Part shown: positions 60,475-64,000 of the stretch, piece after piece | How positions within the stretch are numbered: position 1 is the stretch's first letter | Layout of the letters: every line of letters begins with the position of its first letter | Origin: an uncultured Chloroflexia bacterium | Lineage (GTDB): Bacteria; Chloroflexota; Limnocylindria; Limnocylindrales; CSP1-4 | Length of the DNA: 64,000 nucleotides | Direction of reading: 5' to 3' | Assembly: GCA_963746845.1 (NCBI GenBank) | Contig: CAVVCZ010000002.1 | Location: 32,001-96,000, forward strand | Notes under the pieces: model-generated | Told to the model about the DNA's origin: nothing | Databases searched by the model: none | Seen by the model: the letters and a program-made list of their open reading frames with translations, nothing else | Program-made: the position numbers and the translations under genes

Positions 60475-61229
60475 GTTCCCTCCTCATCCGTCTCTACCCG
60501 GCCCGCTGGCGCGCCCGGTACGGCGACGAATTCGAGGTCCTCCTCGAAGAGCGGCCGCTCGGACCGTACGACGTGGCGGACATCCTCCTCGGCGCCCTCG
60601 ACGCGCACCTCCGGCTGCGTGGACAGGGAGCCGGCGTTCGTGAAGGAAGGAGTTTCTCCATGTCGCTCCGGATCGGTGGCATCGCCGCAATCGTCGGCGC
60701 TTCTCTGATCGTCATCGTCATCGCCTTGACCGGCGGCCACGCCGAAGCCTCCGAGAATGCCCCCTCGATCGCGCTGCTCGTCGCGTTGGCCGCTTTCCTG
60801 GTGGCGCTCACCGGGATGAGCGCGTTCCAGGCTCGTTCGAATCCGTGGCTTGTCTGGACCGCGTTCGGGTTGACGGCCGTCGGGACGCTTGTCATCTTCA
60901 TCGCGGGCCTCAGGGATCTCGCCGGCCTCGGCCCAACGGATTGGCGGGACGGCCTTCTCCCCATCGGAGCAGTCACTGCGGCCCTTGGCTCGGCGACGTT
61001 CGGGATCGCGACGTACCGCGTATCCGTTCTCTCGCGCAAGGGGGCATTGGCCCTCGCGATCGGCCCGTTGGTCGGGCTCATTGGCGCCATCGCCGTGGGT
61101 CAGGATCTGTGGGGGCTCGGCATGCTCCTCCTCCTCGTCGGGATCGTCGGCTTCCTGGCCGGTTGGTTCACGCTCGGCGTGGCGGCGATTCGTCTGGATC
61201 GAGGATCGTCGGCGCTCAGGTCCGCCTGA
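60471..61229 (+). CDS. PadR-associated membrane protein
   Basis: LYPARWRARYGDEF N-terminus; about 6 TM; ATGA overlap. Confidence 0.78.
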   Translation: MSSLLIRLYPARWRARYGDEFEVLLEERPLGPYDVADILLGALDAHLRLRGQGAGVREGRSFSMSLRIGGIAAIVGASLIVIVIALTGGHAEASENAPSIALLVALAAFLVALTGMSAFQARSNPWLVWTAFGLTAVGTLVIFIAGLRDLAGLGPTDWRDGLLPIGAVTAALGSATFGIATYRVSVLSRKGALALAIGPLVGLIGAIAVGQDLWGLGMLLLLVGIVGFLAGWFTLGVAAIRLDRGSSALRSA

Positions 61230-61302
61230 GGCGCGAAGCTCGAGAAATCCGTAGCCGATCTGAAGGTCGCCGTCAGCCGGCGGGTTCGAACTTGAATGCC
61301 GC

Positions 61303-62625
61303 TCAGCAGGCGCCGGGCTCTTCGCTCTCGGGCGGCGCGCTGTACCCCGGAACTGCATAGTCGTTCCCACTCGAGTCCTGCCAGACGCAGACTTCGTCGA
61401 CGGTTCCGTTCCGCCGCACGTGGAGCTTGGCGGCCACGTGGCTGGCGCTACCGTCCGGGGAGTCACCGCACGCGTAGGTGATGTCCCAGCCGTCGCCCCG
61501 CGCCTTGGGTTCGATCCACGCCAACGCGCCCGGCCCCTGCGTGTCGCTTGCCTGGAACCCACTCAGATACGGATGGGTCTCTGCGACCGCGGCGAGCGCC
61601 TCATCGAGCGAGTCGATCGGCGGTGTGACCTCGTCCTCGATCGGCGGCCGTCCCTTCGACGAAGGATGAAGCCACCCCACATCCGGGGCATAGTCGGTCG
61701 CCACGACCCGGCCGTCGACGATCACGGATGCCCATGCGTAGTAGCGCGCAGGCAGGCGCGCGAGCGTGCGCGCAAGCACTTCTGCGCGACTGGGGCTGCT
61801 ACCCGCAACGTCGCCTCCGCCGCCGAACTCGAGCTGCGCCCCCGCCAGGCCCCGCATCCAGGTCGGTGGGTTGCCGTACGGATGACTTGGGCCCGAGTGA
61901 TGGGACGGTGAACAGGACGGGCCCTTGCTGGCCTCGTTCTGCGCGGCCGGAAAGAGGGCGCCGAAGAAGGTATCGCCGACCATCGGCGTCTTGACGATCC
62001 CCTGCGGGGACTCGAAGTAGTCAAGCGAGTTCAGGACCGATGACTCCGTTCGACCGGTGTGGAGGTCGGTGATCCACGCACGGTGTGGCAACTCCTCGGC
62101 GGGTCCTGGGATGTTGTCCATTCCGAACCGCCGGTCCCCAATACCGTCGCCGTCGTCGTCGACGACGAGTCCGTACGCGATCCACTGCTCGGTCGGATCC
62201 ACCTTCGGCGCCCCGGGGACGGAGACCACCACGGCGTTGTTGTGCCCGAACCCCACCCGGCGGATGTCGACCCACGGGAACGCACCGGACTCGGTGTCGC
62301 CCGTTGGATCCGCGTAGTCCTCGCCTTCAACGGAGATCGGCACGATGGTCGCGGGTTCGGCGGGCTCGGTCCGGACCGGCGCCGGCCAATCCTCCTTCAG
62401 GCTTGCCTGGGTCCAGATCACCGGGGCCGCCGTCGGGCTCGGGCGGGTCGACGCAGCGGCGGACGGCCGGACCACGCTCGGCGCGGCCGCGGTCGAGGCC
62501 TGCGCCTTCGAGGCGGGGTTTGGGGTCTCCGCTTCCTGCCCGGCTGTGCACGCGGTTGTCAGGATCGCGGCAACCACGACCGCAGCGGCCATCGGCGACA
62601 CAGATCGGCTGAACGAGCGCTTCAT
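61303..62625 (-). CDS. Putative lipoprotein of unknown function
   Basis: GGAAGG RBS; lipobox LTTAC; Ala/Pro linker; beta-rich domain. Confidence 0.65.
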   Translation of the reverse strand: MKRSFSRSVSPMAAAVVVAAILTTACTAGQEAETPNPASKAQASTAAAPSVVRPSAAASTRPSPTAAPVIWTQASLKEDWPAPVRTEPAEPATIVPISVEGEDYADPTGDTESGAFPWVDIRRVGFGHNNAVVVSVPGAPKVDPTEQWIAYGLVVDDDGDGIGDRRFGMDNIPGPAEELPHRAWITDLHTGRTESSVLNSLDYFESPQGIVKTPMVGDTFFGALFPAAQNEASKGPSCSPSHHSGPSHPYGNPPTWMRGLAGAQLEFGGGGDVAGSSPSRAEVLARTLARLPARYYAWASVIVDGRVVATDYAPDVGWLHPSSKGRPPIEDEVTPPIDSLDEALAAVAETHPYLSGFQASDTQGPGALAWIEPKARGDGWDITYACGDSPDGSASHVAAKLHVRRNGTVDEVCVWQDSSGNDYAVPGYSAPPESEEPGAC

Positions 62626-62648
62626 GTCCTTCCTTCCACGTGCGGCGG

Positions 62649-63707
62649 TCATGGGTTAGCCGATGGGCCGCTGCCCGGAGCACGGAGATTGGTCTCTTGG
62701 GTCTGCTCCGGACGCGCACTGGGTGGCGTTGCCGAACAGATCGGATCACGGGCACACCGGTACGCCTCGAGCTCCTCGATCGGAACGGACGCGACGCCCA
62801 CGGGTGCTGTCAGGTCGAAGAGCGCCGCCGGCTGCTCGCCGAACGTGATCTCCGTGACCTCGATGGTTTGGAACTGGCCCGGGATGGGCTGATCGGCATC
62901 GTCGACCAGCGGCGCCCGGGCGCGGAGGATCAGCCGCGTCTCGACATCGAGCCAGAGGTCGCCGCCGCCACACGTGAACTGGTGGGCGGGGCGCCCGGCA
63001 ACGGATTCGACGCCGACGTACCGCCAGCCCGTCGCGGCAGTCCCGCTGCCGGCTTCGTCGGGGTCGCGAGTCAGCTCGCAGCCCGGCAGCCGGTCGAACG
63101 TGATCCCGCCGAGCCCGAGCCCGGAGTGGATGTACCCCCGGGGGTCCTCGCCGATGGCCTCGGGGTTCACGACCCAGACCTTCTCCGACCCGACGGTCTC
63201 CAGTGAGCCGACGCTCATGCCGCTGAGGATGCGGTACGTCTCAGGCTTCGTCGCATCGGCCGACGCGAACCGCTCGAAGCGGACCGCACCCGACCGATCC
63301 ACATACATGCGGCTCTTGACTGAACCGTTGTCGATCCGCGTCATCGCGAGCGGCGGCAGCTCCGGCAGCCGATCGTAGCTGGAGAGGACGAACGCCTGGA
63401 CGTCAGCTGGCGGCTCGATGCTCAGCTCGGTGATTGCATCCCGTTGGAGGAGGCGCAGCGCCCCGACCGCCGCGGCACTCGCGAACGCCAGCGCGACCAG
63501 CAGTGCGGCAGCGATGAGGACCATCCGCCGCTGGGCGATCGGGTCCGCGTCGCTGAGCGCGCCGAGGAACGAAGGCATGGCCCGCTGCCGGGTGGTGGTC
63601 CCGGCTGCCACGAGAACCCGCTCGCGCAGGCCGGCCTGGGCGCGTTCCGGAACGTGGGCACGAAGCGCCCTGGAGATCTGGGCGTCGGTCAGGCGTGGAG
63701 CGTTCAT
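62649..63707 (-). CDS. Putative anti-sigma factor with 1 TM and possibly LolA/RseB-like extracellular domain
   Basis: ATGA coupling; DAQISRALRAH; TM; GVESVAGRPA...LWLDVETRLILR...EVTEITF...ALF. Confidence 0.65.
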   Translation of the reverse strand: MNAPRLTDAQISRALRAHVPERAQAGLRERVLVAAGTTTRQRAMPSFLGALSDADPIAQRRMVLIAAALLVALAFASAAAVGALRLLQRDAITELSIEPPADVQAFVLSSYDRLPELPPLAMTRIDNGSVKSRMYVDRSGAVRFERFASADATKPETYRILSGMSVGSLETVGSEKVWVVNPEAIGEDPRGYIHSGLGLGGITFDRLPGCELTRDPDEAGSGTAATGWRYVGVESVAGRPAHQFTCGGGDLWLDVETRLILRARAPLVDDADQPIPGQFQTIEVTEITFGEQPAALFDLTAPVGVASVPIEELEAYRCARDPICSATPPSARPEQTQETNLRAPGSGPSANP

Positions 63708-64000
63708 GCCTCGGCCTCCATCGCCTTCTCGAGCGCGTTGCGGGCGGCATGCAGGCGCCACTTGGCCGTTCCGAGCGGGATGCCGAGCGACCGTGCGATC
63801 TCCGCTACCGGCCGCTCCTCGACGTGGTGGAGGATGAGGATCATCCGGTCCTTCGGCCGCAGGCGGTCGAAGGCACGCCCGATCGCATCGTTGTCGACCA
63901 TCTCGTCCATCTGCGTTCGGCCATGGACGTCCTGCGGCGGCTCCGGCTGTGAGCTCTCCGCGCCGGCGTCGGCCGGCCGAACCCGGACCTCGCGGAGCCG
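63704..64000 (-). CDS. ECF sigma-70 factor (5'-truncated by window edge)
   Basis: Region 4: RAFDRL...EIARSLGIPLGTAKWRLHAAR; frame open to 64000. Confidence 0.85.
   Translation of the reverse strand, partial: RLREVRVRPADAGAESSQPEPPQDVHGRTQMDEMVDNDAIGRAFDRLRPKDRMILILHHVEERPVAEIARSLGIPLGTAKWRLHAARNALEKAMEAEA

Overview
Very GC-rich bacterial chromosome segment. The gene style suggests a Chloroflexota/Actinomycetota-like soil organism (inference). 1-19.5 kb: two Cys-type sulfatases with MFS, HAD and SulP genes, then a minus-strand transporter/PLD/M17 aminopeptidase cluster. 20-45 kb: regulators (TetR, MarR, ECF sigmas, a two-component system with an ABC exporter), DyP, FAD oxidase, epoxide hydrolase, P450, Hsp20 and a 2-oxoacid:ferredoxin oxidoreductase operon, with many single-base frameshifts. 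46-64 kb: an accessory region built around one intact tRNA-Thr(CGT) (51629-51703, minus strand). It has a displaced 3'-half copy at 46095 and three displaced 5'-half copies at 53731, 57218 and 59949. Conserved non-coding arm sequences next to these copies delimit integrase-less 2-3.5 kb cargo units. This tRNA-anchored, integron-like cassette array is the top finding. Other highlights: four translationally coupled ECF sigma/anti-sigma pairs with different external sensor domains, one of which also occurs as free lipoproteins, and a tandem class III cyclase-STAND-TPR protein whose two cyclase domains look catalytically complementary. All calls are from visual motif recognition; no database searches were run.
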